Positions 12,299-25,770 of a stretch of DNA of 64,000 nt are shown here, piece by piece. Positions within the stretch are counted from its first letter, which is position 1. Each line of letters begins with the position of its first letter. The stretch lies in the NCBI RefSeq assembly GCF_009914755.1, contig NC_060928.1, one strand, 5' to 3'. This DNA is from the human T2T-CHM13v2.0 reference genome, Homo sapiens. The translations under genes were made by a program, and so were the position numbers. Below the pieces are notes generated by a model. That model saw only the letters and a list, made by a program, of their open reading frames with translations. It was not told where the DNA came from and ran no database searches.

Positions 12299-13261
12299 TG
12301 TATATTTTATTATATATATTTTATTTTTATGTGTGTATATATACATATTTTATTAATAGATCATTTTTAGAGCAACCTTTGGTATACAGAAAACTCAGCC
12401 AGAGAGAAAGTACAGAAAGATCCCATATACTCCTTCTCCTCCCACCCTCAGTTTTCTGTATTAACATCTTGCAGCAGTGTAATACATTGTTATAATTTAA
12501 TCAATATTGATACATTATTATTAAGTAATGTCCATAGTTTACATTAAGTTTACTGTTATGTAGAATTTTATGGGTTTTGTCAAATATATCAGGTGATGTA
12601 TCCACCATTATAGTATCATACAGAGAAGCATAACTGCTCTAAAAATTACCTTATAAAACCATTTTGTCCCTCTCTCCTTTTTCCCCAAACACTAGAAAAC
12701 ACTTATTTTTTTACTGTTTTTGTAGTTTTATCTTTTCTAAATTATTATATAGTGAAATTATGCTGTGCATAGTGTTTTCAGACTGGCTTATTTCACTTAG
12801 CAATATGCATTAATGATTCCTCCAGGACTCTTTGTGGCTTGATAATCCATTTTTCTATTGCTGAATAGTATTCTATAATATGCATGTGATATAGCTTATT
12901 TATCCATTCAACAACTGACATACAGCTCCCAATTTTTGGCACCTAATGAAACTTCTATAAATATTTTTATATGGAGTTTGTGTGTGTGAGGATATAAGTT
13001 TTCAACTCATTTGTGTAAATACCTAGGCAAAAAAATAGTTGAATTATGTGGCAAAACTATGTTTAGCTTTGTAAGAAATTGATAAAGTGTCTTCCAAAGT
13101 TGCTGCATTATTTTGCATTTCCATCAGCAAATAATGAGAGTTTCTATTGCTACGCATCCTCACCATTATTTCATGCTGTTAGTATTTTGGTATTTACCCA
13201 TTCTGGTTTTCATGTAGTAATACCTCCTTGTTATTTTAATATGTATTTTTCTAATCACATA

Positions 13262-14863
13262 CAAGTGTACTTCAAAATGTTTGTATTAAACTATAGAATT
13301 AAAACAGAAAAATAAAAACAATATAACTTTATTTCTCAACCTAGGCTTCATCAATTTTAAGACAATTTCATAAGCAATGATACCAACTCTTTAGTACATC
13401 CTTAAAGAACTGAAGGTCCTGAGAATTTAACCATGTCAATGCAGTCTTTTAACTTATAATTTTTTAGAGAAGACATTTCACTCTGTCACCCAGCCTGGTG
13501 TGCAGTGGTGCAATCCTAGCTTACTACAGCCTCAAACTCCTGGGCTCAAACTGTCCTCCCACCTCAGCCTTTAAGTAGCTGGAATTACAGGCACATGCCA
13601 CCATGCCAGGCTATTTTCTGGTTGTTTATAGAGACAGGGCATCACTGTGTTGCCCAGGCTGGTTTCAAATTCCTGAGCCCAAGTGATCCTTCCACCTCTG
13701 CCTCCCAAAGTGTTGTGATTACAGGCATAACCCACTGCACCCAGCCTGTTTTACATTATTAACTGAAAAAAATGGGTATCCTTTACTTAGTATTTTTTAG
13801 ATTATAGAACAAGAAGCCAGAAGGAGCTAAATCATCACTATTCAGTGGATGTCTAATGATTTCTCATTGAAAAATCTCACAAAATTACTATTGTTTGATG
13901 AGACAATGAGCAGGAGCATTGTCATGGTAAATAAAGACTCTCTAATGATGTTTTCCTGAGCATTTTTCTGCTAAAGCTGTGGCTAATATTTTCAAAACTT
14001 TCATAATAGGCAGATACTGTTATTGTTCTTTGGCTTTGCAGCAGTCAACAAGCAAATTGCCCTGATCATCCCAAGAAACTGTCATCTTTGTTCATAACCA
14101 GTCCACTTTTGCTTTGACTGGACCAGTTCCACCTCTTGATAGCCATCACTTTGATTGTATTTTGTCTTCAGGATTGTACTGATAAAGCTCTATGTTATTT
14201 CCTGTTACAATTCTTCAAAGAACTGCTTCTGGTTCTTGATCATACTTGTTTAAAATTTCCATTAATTCTCTGCTCTTGTCTGGAGCCAATCTGAGCACAA
14301 TGGTTTTGGAACCCATCTAGTGGACAGTTTGCTCAACTTTTAAGTTTTCAATCAAAATTATTTAAGCTGAACCAGTTGAAATGTCCACGATGGTGAGTAT
14401 TGTTTCTACAGTTAATTGATGGTTCTCTTCAACTAGGGCACAAACAAAATTAAGTTTTTTCTTGCAAATTGATATGGAATGTCTGCTGCTGTGTGCTTCA
14501 TTTTCAACAACATCTCATCCCTTCTTAGAATAAATTATCCATTTGTAAACTGCTGATTTATTTGGGGCATTATCAAAATGTACTATAAACTTTTCATAAA
14601 AAAATCAGTGATTTCACTATTCTTCCACCCAAGCTTCAGCATATATTTTATGTTTGTTTTGGCTTCAATTTTAGCCAAATTCATGTTGCTCTGATAGGAA
14701 CTCTTTTCAAACTAGTTTCTTATCCTTCTCAGCACCTAAAAATATATCCTGTTTAGACATGTTACAACAAGTTAATATGAGTTGATTTTAATGCAAAAAA
14801 TTAAGGTCTATGCAGAGTTTTCTCAAACCACACATATTCCATAAATACTTTGAAGACCCTTCA
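13262..14863 (-). mobile_element. Full-length HSMAR2 mariner transposon; transposase pseudogene about 13329-14684
   Basis: Degenerate terminal repeats (caagtgtacttcaaaa... / ...tttgaagacccttca) with TA/CA flanks; minus-strand ATG at 14684 (agcaacATGaatt); remnants of the WVP, TGDETW, HDNAPAH and PYSPDLAPSD mariner motifs; stop at 13329-13331. Confidence 0.92.
13460..13746 (-). mobile_element. AluJ inserted in HSMAR2
   Basis: AluJ diagnostics (cagcctcaaactcctgggctcaa, cactgtgttgcccaggctgg); degenerate duplication of tttt(t)acattatt on both sides. Confidence 0.9.
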
Positions 14864-14966
14864 CATGTTGAATATTTTTTCATGTGCTTACTAGTTATCT
14901 GTATCAATTTTGATTAAGTGTCTGTTCAGATCTGTTATGAGTTGAACTGTTTCCTAACAACTCATA

Positions 14967-15490
14967 TTTTTAGTGGTGGAAGAGATCCAAGTTACCCCAA
15001 GTTACTGGTGGCAAATTCATACCCATCTGCAGCAACTTCAGCCCTTGTCTCCTAAGAAGAAAGAATTTGACTGAGGGGCATAAGGCAGAAAAAGAGATTG
15101 AAGGAAGTTCCAAAGCAGGAATGGAAGTTTATTTAGAAGGCCTTAGAACAGGAAAAAAAAGGAAAGAACTCGTGGAAGAGTTCCAAGTGGGCTCCTAAAG
15201 GTCAAAGAGAGAAAAAGAAGGTTCCTTTAACCTTGATCCTGGGACTTTATAGGCTCACCTCTTTCTCATGATTCTTCCCTGAGGATGGATTTTCTCCATG
15301 CACAGTGTTCTCCTTACCCTTGGGATTAGACAGTGTATTTAGGGAGTTATATGCATACCCATCTGAGACTTTCTTTTTCCGGTGGAGTGTGCCTGGAAGA
15401 TCATACTTCACTATTTTTGTCTCTTAATCTGCATGCCCGTGAAGTTGCTTCTCCCTAGGGCCTATATTCAATTAACATTTTGATGCTAAC
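14967..15490 (-). mobile_element. ERV1 solo LTR (LTR19-like)
   Basis: ctgcagcaacttcag...gaagaaagaatttgactgaggggcataaggcaga...gtttatt...ctttatagg, ending aattaacattttgatgctaaca; subfamily name uncertain. Confidence 0.65.
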
Positions 15491-15714
15491 AAGTGTGTTT
15501 TACACAGTAGAAGTTTTTAATTTCAATGGACTGAAACTTACTAATTATTATTTTTCATTAATCATGCTTTTGGTATTGTATCTTAAAACACATCAGCAAA
15601 CCTAAGATCACATAGATATTTTTCTTTGATATCTTCTAGAAATTTTATAATTTTGAGATTTGCATTTTTATCTATTATTCATTTTAAGTTAATTTTTATA
15701 ACATATGTAAAGTC

Positions 15715-15783
15715 TATATATATATATGTGTGTGTGTACATAGATATACATATAGATATAGATATATAGATATAGATAGATAG
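15715..15783. repeat. Compound (TA)n(TG)n(TAGATA)n microsatellite
   Basis: tatatatatatatgtgtgtgtgtacatagatatacatatagatatagatatatagatatagatagatag. Confidence 0.9.
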
Positions 15784-16739
15784 CACTTGAATGTGTGGTT
15801 GTTCAAGCAGCAGTTGTTGCAAAAATTATCCTTCCTCCATTTAATGACTTTTGCTCCTTTGTCAAAAATTGCCAATTTTTGTGTTGATTTCTTTCTAGGT
15901 TCTCTATTTTATTTCATTAATCTATTTGTCTAATTTTTAACAAATACCACTGTCTTTATCAGTATAGCTTTATAGTAAGCCTTGAAGTTGTGTACTAATA
16001 TTCTTTTGACTTTGTTCTATCTAATACGGTGTTAGCTCTTCTAAGTTGTTGTCGTTTCCACATAAACTTTAGAATCAGTTTGTTGATATCCATGAAGTAA
16101 GTTGCTGTAATTTTAATCAAGATTATGCTGAATATGTAAAATAAATTGGGAATTTGACTATTTTTATTTAGTTTTCAGTGCTAAGAGTGAAGCTCAGCTT
16201 CATAATTTAAAATGCATTTTTTAGCAAGATAATCAATTTTCAGTATAAAATTACAAAATATGTAAAAAAACTTCTATCTTATTACTCAGAGTAACATCTT
16301 TTAACTATGTCTTTAAATATCTTCAATAATTATCAATATCACTATAAATATTATGACTGAGCTTTTTTTCTCATATTATTTTGAAAACTATTGCTCACCA
16401 CCATGAAAAATTAGAATTTATGTTGTTTCCTTGAGTTTATAATTGCTTTTTTAATTTTTTTTTACCAAAGCCTAATATGCCTTAAACATAACTTAAGCTT
16501 ATCTCACTAACCATGGATTTCCTCTTTCTAGATTTTACTCAAAAATTATTCAAATTTTCTCTCCAATTGCATTGGTTATTCTCTAGTATCACTGTAATGC
16601 TGTCCTTCAGGTATTTGTTTTACTCTATTTCTAGATTAAATCCATTGTTTCCTCGGTCTTGTGTCTTCTTTCTTTATTAGCTTCTTTATTTCATATCCTT
16701 GAGTAACTATGCCCAAAAGAGACAAAAGGAGATAGATAA

Positions 16740-17320
16740 ATTCTGGATTTTTGCATGTCTGCATCTCTCATTTTTGATAGTTTGGATGAGTATTGAATAC
16801 TAATTTAAAACAATTTGTGCTCAGACATATATAGGCATAATTTTATATTCTTCTACATGCCAGTGTTGCTGATAAGACTCATGGGAATCTAAAATTTGTT
16901 CTACTGTTAGAACTAGTTTTAATTTTCTTTTTACTTCTTTTTTCTATAAATTTTCTAAGAATTTTAAAGTTATTGTCAATATCCTAAGATATCCTCAATA
17001 TCACAATATTTCATTATGGGGCCTTCTTGTTCTCTTCCTGTTTTTCTTCCTTCTCTGATATTATTGCTTTCTTTTTTCAACACTTTGATTATTTTAATTT
17101 GAAAATAATTTTTCTAAAAAAATTCTTTTGTTCTTTTAAAAATTATTTAAATTTTAAATTCTTATTCTTTTTTCATAGTTCTTTCTGGAATTCTTCAAAT
17201 TTACTGTTTGTGTTTCTTTCATTCCCTCTCATACTTTTATTTTCTTTATATTCTGTGATATAGAGGATATCTTTTTACTTTTATTTCAACTCTTCTATTG
17301 AATATTTGATTTTGTAATTA
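16740..17320 (-). mobile_element. Very old L1 (L1M/L1ME) fragment
   Basis: T-rich, with degenerate L1 motifs (ttgcatgtctg, ccagtgttgctgataag, ttcaactcttctattgaat). Confidence 0.45.
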
Positions 17321-17322
17321 TG

Positions 17323-18043
17323 TGTCTGGCTTGATCAATTTAGGCTGCTACGAAAAAGAGTACTATAATCTGGGTGGCTTAAATGCCAGAATGTATTTAT
17401 CACAGTTTTGGAAGCTGGGAATTCCAAAATCTCATTTTTTTTTTTTTTTTTTTTTTTGTAACATGAACAGACTGAGACTTTTCCAAATCTTTAAGTTATA
17501 GTTGCTTATTGCTTAACATCTTCATGTTCAATTTATTTCTCTCTTCTCTCATTCTCTCATTTTACTATAAGCAGTCAGGAGGAATCAAGATGCTTTTTCA
17601 ACATTGTACTTAGAACTCTCTTCAAATAAATATCCAATTTCATCACTCACAGTTCTACCTTCCAAATACCACTAGAACACAAACACAATTCAGCCAAGCT
17701 ATTTGTCATTTTATAACAAGGATAATATTTTCTCTATTGCCCAATAACATGTTACTAACTTCCATCTTAGATATCACCAAAATAGCTCTTCAAACCCATA
17801 TTTCTATCAACATTCTGTATACAGTTATTTGTGTGTACTCTAAGAATATGAAAGCTTTCTCCACAGCTTTCCTCTTTAATTTCTGAGCCCTCACCAGAAT
17901 CACCTTTAAGTTCCTTCAAAGCTATACGTAGGCTTTTTCTAGCATGCACCTCAAAACTCTTTCAGCTTCTACCCATTACTCAGTTTCAAACTGCTACCAC
18001 ATTTTTAGATATTTGTTACAACAGCACTGCACTTCTCAGTACC
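17323..18043 (-). mobile_element. MaLR remnant: about 110 bp of an MLT1/MST LTR end joined through a T-run to MaLR internal sequence
   Basis: ggctgctac...ctgggtggcttaaa...cacagttttggaagctgggaa is the LTR end; internal part ends cccattactcagtttcaaactgctaccacattttt...cttctcagtacca. Confidence 0.75.
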
Positions 18044-18227
18044 ACCTCTGATTTTGAAATTTGTACATTATTTTTGAGGCATTGGTATATTCCTTTCATT
18101 GCTACATTAGATTACACTGGATTTTCTGTCAATGAAAAGTTGCATTGTTTTCAAGTATTTATTATTCTAAAATATTCTTCTAGGAAATTTGTCTCTATAC
18201 AGATTCAGGAGTTTTTCTAGGTATTCA

Positions 18228-18634
<407 letters not shown>

Positions 18635-21089
18635 TTACCACTTGCCCCAACTCTTAGGATTATTTGACTTTCATTTTTATTTCTAAAGTCAAATCTTATT
18701 GAGTTTATATTTGAATTGCCCTGATTACACATGAACACTTAAGAAGATATTTACTACACACTGTGTAAACTTCTCTGGAAGCACCCTGAATAAGTTTTGC
18801 CTATTTCCTTTTGCTTACACATATTTTGAAATTGATATGTGGGGGATTTTTATGTATTCTGAATATGAATCTCTGTGGTTTTACAACCACCAAATATATA
18901 CTTCTAGTGTTGCTAGTCTTTTCGCTTTATTTACATTATCATGTGATAAAAGACATTTTTAAATTTCAATTAAGAGTACAGAAAAATAACATTTTCCAGT
19001 AAATGCTTAGATCTTTCTGAAAATTTTGAAATATTAATATTAAAAGTTGCTGCTTCTTATAAAACATTTAAAGCAATATTATGGAAACTTGTGATATGTT
19101 GATCTTTCTCTAATTTCCTAAAAACATAGAGTTATTCATTGTGTCCAGATGCAAAAGATGTTTTTTTTTTTCTGCTTAATTTTCTCTAGTTTTCTAGTGC
19201 TCAGTTGTATGATGAACTCTAAAACAATGAACATTATGACATGCTATCAATCATTTTAGGCAAAAATAGTGTCAAGTGCAATTACTTATCAGTAGTCCCC
19301 TTACCTGTTCTAATTTTGCTTTGACTAATACAGGTAATGACTCGAGTACCATTTGTCTTACCACACATAAAGAAAGAGAAATAAGATTTATTACAGAATT
19401 ACTGAGGGTTTTTTTTTTTTTTGAGCACCTTAGGTTTCTTCGTTTAGGTTTGAATATGATGTCTTCAGAACATTTTGTTGATTTTTAAAATAATAATAAC
19501 AAAAAATAAACACATAAGTTACAAGCATAGTAAGACTGCAGCTTCTTTGCTAATATGTATGCTGCAGAAACATACATCTGAGAAACTCAAAGATATTTTT
19601 TACCTTCTTAGACTTTTCTTAAACAAAATTAATGCTCTGTGTTAAAATCATTGGATTTCTTATCAGATCCTCAATATGAGGCTCATGTAGATATCAAATA
19701 AGCTATTTGATTTTGAGTTGAAACATATTTTAGTATTATTCTCAGCATTAACTAAAATATGCCTTTCAATTCACCTTGAAAATGGATCTCAGATGAACAA
19801 CTTCAATGGTTTGTCTATGGCTCTGAGGAATATAGGTCAGTTCGTTTAATTAAACCCTTGTAGTATTATACAACTGTGTTTTTAGACACATGTTTTACAA
19901 CAAAATAGAGTTATTTCATATTAAAATATAGGTATATTTTAATAGATAATATGTATCTATTAATATGTCTTTGAATATAAATAAATATGTGTCTCAATAT
20001 TAGAAGTGTATAGAAAAGATGTAAAAATTTTTACATGGCTAGTTTACTTACTTATTTTCAATTCTTTTTCTTTCTTATAACCACCTACAGAATTAGTCTG
20101 GTTACTAGATTTAATAAAATATCTATATTTACTATTCAAACTAAAAAATAGACATCACCTAGTCTGTGTTCCAATGTGTATTGTCTTTATAGATCATACT
20201 GATCTGGTAGAAATATTATAAAATACATCATATGCTTAAATAGTATATTTTTTCCCCTTGACTCTTCTGTACATTTTAGTTGTCTAATTGTATTGCTTCT
20301 AATATTCTGTCACTCTATTTTCTCTGCTTTCCTTAAAAAAGAATCACATACTAATAGGTTGTATTTACCTCACTGGTTGTGTCATTGAGACTTTTATTAA
20401 GTCATCGGTTTCTATTTATTTCAAAGCCTAAATTTTATCACATTATTTTCTTTCATATTTACAGATAAACATTTGTGAATAAGGGTGGCTTTGTTTTCAG
20501 TGCATGTAAAATAAATTCTGGAGAGAATGTAATTATAAGCTCTTATTCTATTTTATTACACTTCCAAGAAGTTAGGACTTTATTAAATGTGTGACTTCCA
20601 TTTGCATCCCTGGAGAAATAAATCAAAAGAGTGAAGGTGTTTATTTATCGTGATTTTATTATACATAAGTTCACAGCAAACTTCGTGCTATAACTAATGA
20701 ACAAAAACAAAAATGCTATGAATTTAAATATTCAAATATTTAAGTAAATATTTGAATTGTTTATTGTCAATAAACCCTGAAAAAGACTGGATGAATTTAT
20801 TGAGTATTATTTATCATAAGCTTAATACCAGAATAATCCTCTTGTTGATATAAACCTTTTGTTTCTACTGAATATATTAAAGATGCTTTCATTATTATCA
20901 TCAACTTAGATGTCTAATGTAATTCTTAGTGCTAAAAAATTAAGAAGAAAAGAAGCAAAATAATATGTATTACAAAGTGTTAATGTCTTAGGAGTAAAAA
21001 TCATTTTACTTCGAAGAATATTTGGCAACTTTATATGCATAAGCAACTTTATTGTTAATCCATAGAAATTATGATGAAATTAGATAATT

Positions 21090-21230
21090 ATTTCATTCAT
21101 TACATAAATATTTATTGAATATCTAATTTGTGTCAGGTACTCTTCCAGACACAGGTGCTATGTTAGCGAACAAAACAAACAAAATATTTTGCTTTCCCTC
21201 CCTCCCCTCTATAAAACTTGTCTTATATTA
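21090..21230 (-). mobile_element. L2 3' end fragment
   Basis: ttcattcatt...aaatatttattgaatatct...tgtgtcaggtact...gaacaaaaca. Confidence 0.7.
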
Positions 21231-24200
21231 GGCAGAATAGGTAGTGAGAGAGGTGTGGAAAGAATGCAAACCACTGAGTTATGAGGGTGGCAGGTCAGAA
21301 GTGCTAGGAAAAGTGACCACGGGAAACACAGGTCAAGTTTTAAAACCAATGGAAGTTGAATCATTTTAAGATGTTAATAAAAAGATTCTGCTGAGGCATG
21401 GAAAAACAGGTAATATCATCTGACTACAAGTAAGGTCCATCATGCAGGGAGTAGCTGCTTGTAAAGACTTGATTAAAATGAGGGATTAAAATACTCTAGA
21501 GTTAAGTTTGAGAAACACACTGAAAGCAAATGAAATAAAATGGTAAAAGTCACAAAGAATTCTGCAGTGTGGTTTTGAATTCAAGACATTTGCCTATCCT
21601 CAAAGATAAGCCCTGCTTTTATATTAAAATGTTGGTGAATGGAAGTATATTTCCATATATGAAGTTAAGATAAAAATCATCGTAAGGTATATTTTGTGTT
21701 ATTTATTAGAATCCTTTACTTCATGTTTTTTGTTTATAATAACCAACCAATATCTGTTAATCTCAAGATATTGATAAGAGTTTTCCTAAACACTGAAATA
21801 ATATATCAGTAATTGTGCAACTTTAATTTTGTGGAAAATATAACTACATGTATTCAGTCTTCCCACCCTCGTTGATTCATAACAGAAATTCAATTATTTG
21901 AATGCAGAAATTGGACTTTAATCTGAATCAATACATATAAAAGGAAGTCAAATTTTAAACTGTCATGATCATCTTGAAATCACCTTTTTTATTTTTATTA
22001 AAATAAAAAATTTTATTAAATATGTTTATTAAAATATATCATATGATTATTTTTGTTTTTCTTCATGGTTACAATTAGCTTTATGTTTAATTTTTTGCAT
22101 ATTGAAGTATTGAAGGCAGATTTGGTGGCTGTAAAAGTGTATAAATAAATAGGCCATGGTACCAACACCTATTAATTAAAGCCTGTATTTGGATAAGTGC
22201 CATAACATTCAATGTAGAATGTATTTTAAAATATTACATTTTAAAATAAATTAACTATTTTTAACTGATATCTATATTAAAACATTATAATACAACAGTA
22301 TGCATGGAAAATAATAAATTTAACTTTATACAATCTATTTTTCAATGCCATTTTATTTACAATCAACCATTTTCAAAATTGCTTAGCAGGTTATAGGCAT
22401 TAATTCCAAGTACATGAGGCTATGTGATGGGTTGGGGAAAATAGCATGCTATTTTTTCTCCTATAAATACATTCTTTTATTCTTCCAGATGATCAACCAA
22501 CAGCTGCTGATTGCTTCAGCTGTCCTGTATTTTGGTTGATAAATAAAGCATTCTTTTGATTTTAAAATCTGTCATTATTATGCATATACCAATAAATTAA
22601 AAAATAAAACTTTTTAAAAAGTCTCTTCTTTCGGACCTATATTGGCTTGGGAAAAAATAAGAAAGGTATATTACTCTCTTTTTTGCAATTTACTTCATAT
22701 TTAAATAAAAAATGCATCAGCATTGATTGTAATTATTATCATTACCTCATTAATATCATTATTTTATTGGTGGGGGAAATGAATGAATAACTTGCCCACA
22801 TACCACAAGTTCTATTAAATAAACATTTTTATTATGTAATTGTCATAAAAAAATCTGCTTTTTATTTTAAACCTGAAGTTTATTATTCATTATCAGCTGA
22901 ACACTTGCAATGGCTAAAGCACTGAACTGTTCCAGAACCAGTGTGTCTGTTGCTATTGTCTCTTTTTTTGTTTGTTTTTTGTTTTGTTTTGTTTTCGATT
23001 ACTACAAAATCTTGATCAAATCTTTATTGAGCTATTCAGATAAAAAATAGAGTTCCTTATTAGACCTTTGAAAATATGTGAAATTGAATATTTGTAAAAA
23101 TGATATTATCTTCTCATGGGGGCATCTCTAACTACTTGTTTTGTTATTACAATGTTTTATTTATTATCTTTTCAGCAAATAATAATGCTTTAATCATAGA
23201 ACCACTTAAACTTTGCAACAATTTCGTTGTGTTTTTTTTTAGTATATGAAAAATGTTTTCTCATTATATTAACAATTCTGTGCATTCTACATCAAAACTT
23301 TCATCCTTATGACAAACTAATACTTTATCCTTTTAAACTTACTACAAAAATATAGGGGAAATTTTAATTTTTCCTTCCAAATATAGGTTCATAAGAAATA
23401 AAGTTTACTTGAACAAAATTGGAATGAACAAACATCTTGCAATTTGTTGGGTGTGACATATATATTCTTACTTAATATACTGAATTATTTTTTTAAAAAT
23501 CCTTTCAGTATGTTTTATAAATGTATATTATACAGCAGATTATTTATTTAGTTGCTACCTTTCCATCATTAGTCAGATATTGCAAGAACATATTCATCTT
23601 CCCAGTGAAGTAGGGTTTATAAACTCAAAGGCTAGCATAGTATTGCTTATTAAACACATTTTAAATGGAATAAATATGAAAATTACATGCATATCAATAT
23701 TATTTAATTTAGATTTTATTACAGTTTTTGAATAAAACCCCTTGATCAAACATAAATTTACCTTATAGTAAGTCACTAAAAGAACTGATCATATGTATCA
23801 GTGTTTCTCAGGTTTGGTTTAGTTTTGTTTACTTTGTCTATAATTTATTTGGGATTTGTATTCTCTTCTCTGTGGTATCCAATGGAAAACAATAACTATA
23901 TGATTTTAAAACATTCATATTTAAAATAGATTGCACGAGTGTGGTTATATTTTCATCAGCTTTAGTGAGGGAGACACACATTATTCATATTTCCAGGAAT
24001 GTAGTGTATTGTTTCACATACATATTTAAATCCTAGACATAAAACTGTGTTGCATTACTACACTTTATCTGTCATGATCATTCTTTTTCTGAACTCCTTC
24101 TCATTTTGTCATGCTCCTTTTAATAATGCAAGTCTGACCATTAGTCATTTCATTTTTCTGGCTAACATCTTTGCATTAGGGATAGACATGTGATCTGACA

Positions 24201-24357
24201 AACATCAGGAAGATACAGTAGGAGTTTTGTTGGGGTTGTTGGAATAGAAGCAAGCTGTTCATGTTGGGTCTAAATATGGAGCCTAAACTTGTAAGAAGCT
24301 GCCATCTGAAAGCCACACAAAAGGTAGAAGAGCTAAGAGAAGACAATAAAATGATGA

Positions 24358-24655
<298 letters not shown>

Positions 24656-25363
24656 AAAATGATGATTTTTTAAGTTACTGAACCCAGTTATACTAACTGA
24701 AGCCTATAATTATGAGGCAGTATATTTCTTTTCACTTTATCTCTTTGAACTAATTTGCAAGTGAGAGTCACTTAATTGATGCTCTAAAGTTAGCCATAAA
24801 AGAAAACAAACAAAACTAAAAAACATGACAAACTACAGTTATTAAGTGTGGGTTAGTGGCTATCAATATATTTCTCTAAATAAAGATAATTTTCTAAATA
24901 AATGACAAAGTTTAAATATATATTTACTCTTTCAAAAGTATTTATTCAGCCCCAATGTAGGCTCATCAGTTAACAAAACCGGTAAAAACTCAGACTGCAG
25001 GAGCTTGGTTTCCTTTAAGTCAATTTAGTGCCAAATGTTTTCCTTTTTTTTCCTTTCTTTTTTTTCCTCTTCAGTCTGCCACATACTTATTAACAAATAG
25101 ATCTTACAGGAATATAAGACATGTGAGAATTATGATCTATTTGCCCAGAAGACCCAAAGACTCATTTACATAATGGGGGTTTGCTTGGGGAGGCACAATT
25201 AATGTGCCCCCAGCTCAGGGTTATCTCTAGTATTGATTCATGGCAACTTTCTCAACTAGAAACTCCTAATTTGGGTTTGAGGTATTGCTTTTCTTAGAGT
25301 CTGGTCTACTCTTGTCATCTAGGGCAGAGTCACCTATCTAATTGTCTGCTAGATATCTCCAGC

Positions 25364-25770
25364 TGAGGCAGGAGTTGGATCTGGAGGCGGAGAACATAAG
25401 GCCAATTCACGCTGACTTCTTAAACTAAATCAAATGGAAACACTTCAGCTATGACAGGAAAGATCCTCTCCATTTACATATGGCGTACACCAAGTAAATG
25501 ACTTTTTAACTTTACTTTATCCTCTTCATTTACATAGCGCGTACACCAAGTAACCAATGGAAATCTCTAGAGGGTATTTAAACCCAAGAAAATTCTGTAA
25601 CCTGACTCCTGAGCCCTTTATGCTCACGCCCGCTCCCACCCTGTGGAGTGTAATTTAATTTTCAGTAAATCTCTGTTTTTGCTGCTTCATTCTTTCCTTG
25701 CTTTGTTTCTGTGTTAGGTCCAGTTCCTTGTTCAAGACACCAAGAACCTGGACAACCTCCACTGGTAACA
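25364..25770 (+). mobile_element. MER61 solo LTR (ERV1) with perfect 4-bp TSD CAGC, inserted in an L2-like fragment
   Basis: tgaggcagga...ctggaggc...taaggccaattcacgctgacttc...ccaatgg...tatttaaa...caagaacctggacaacctccactggtaaca; cagc at 25360-25363 and 25771-25774. Confidence 0.88.

Larger units (their letters stand above)
12345..16160 (-). mobile_element. Old L1 (L1MC-class) 3' end, split by nested HSMAR2, Alu and LTR insertions
   Basis: 3' UTR-type tttttagagca...aaagtacagaaagatcccatatactcc; L1 sequence resumes at 14864 and again at 15491. Confidence 0.8.

Noticed and set aside
25364-25770. p53 response element reported for some MER61 subfamilies
   Set aside because: I see no RRRCWWGYYY pair in this copy.
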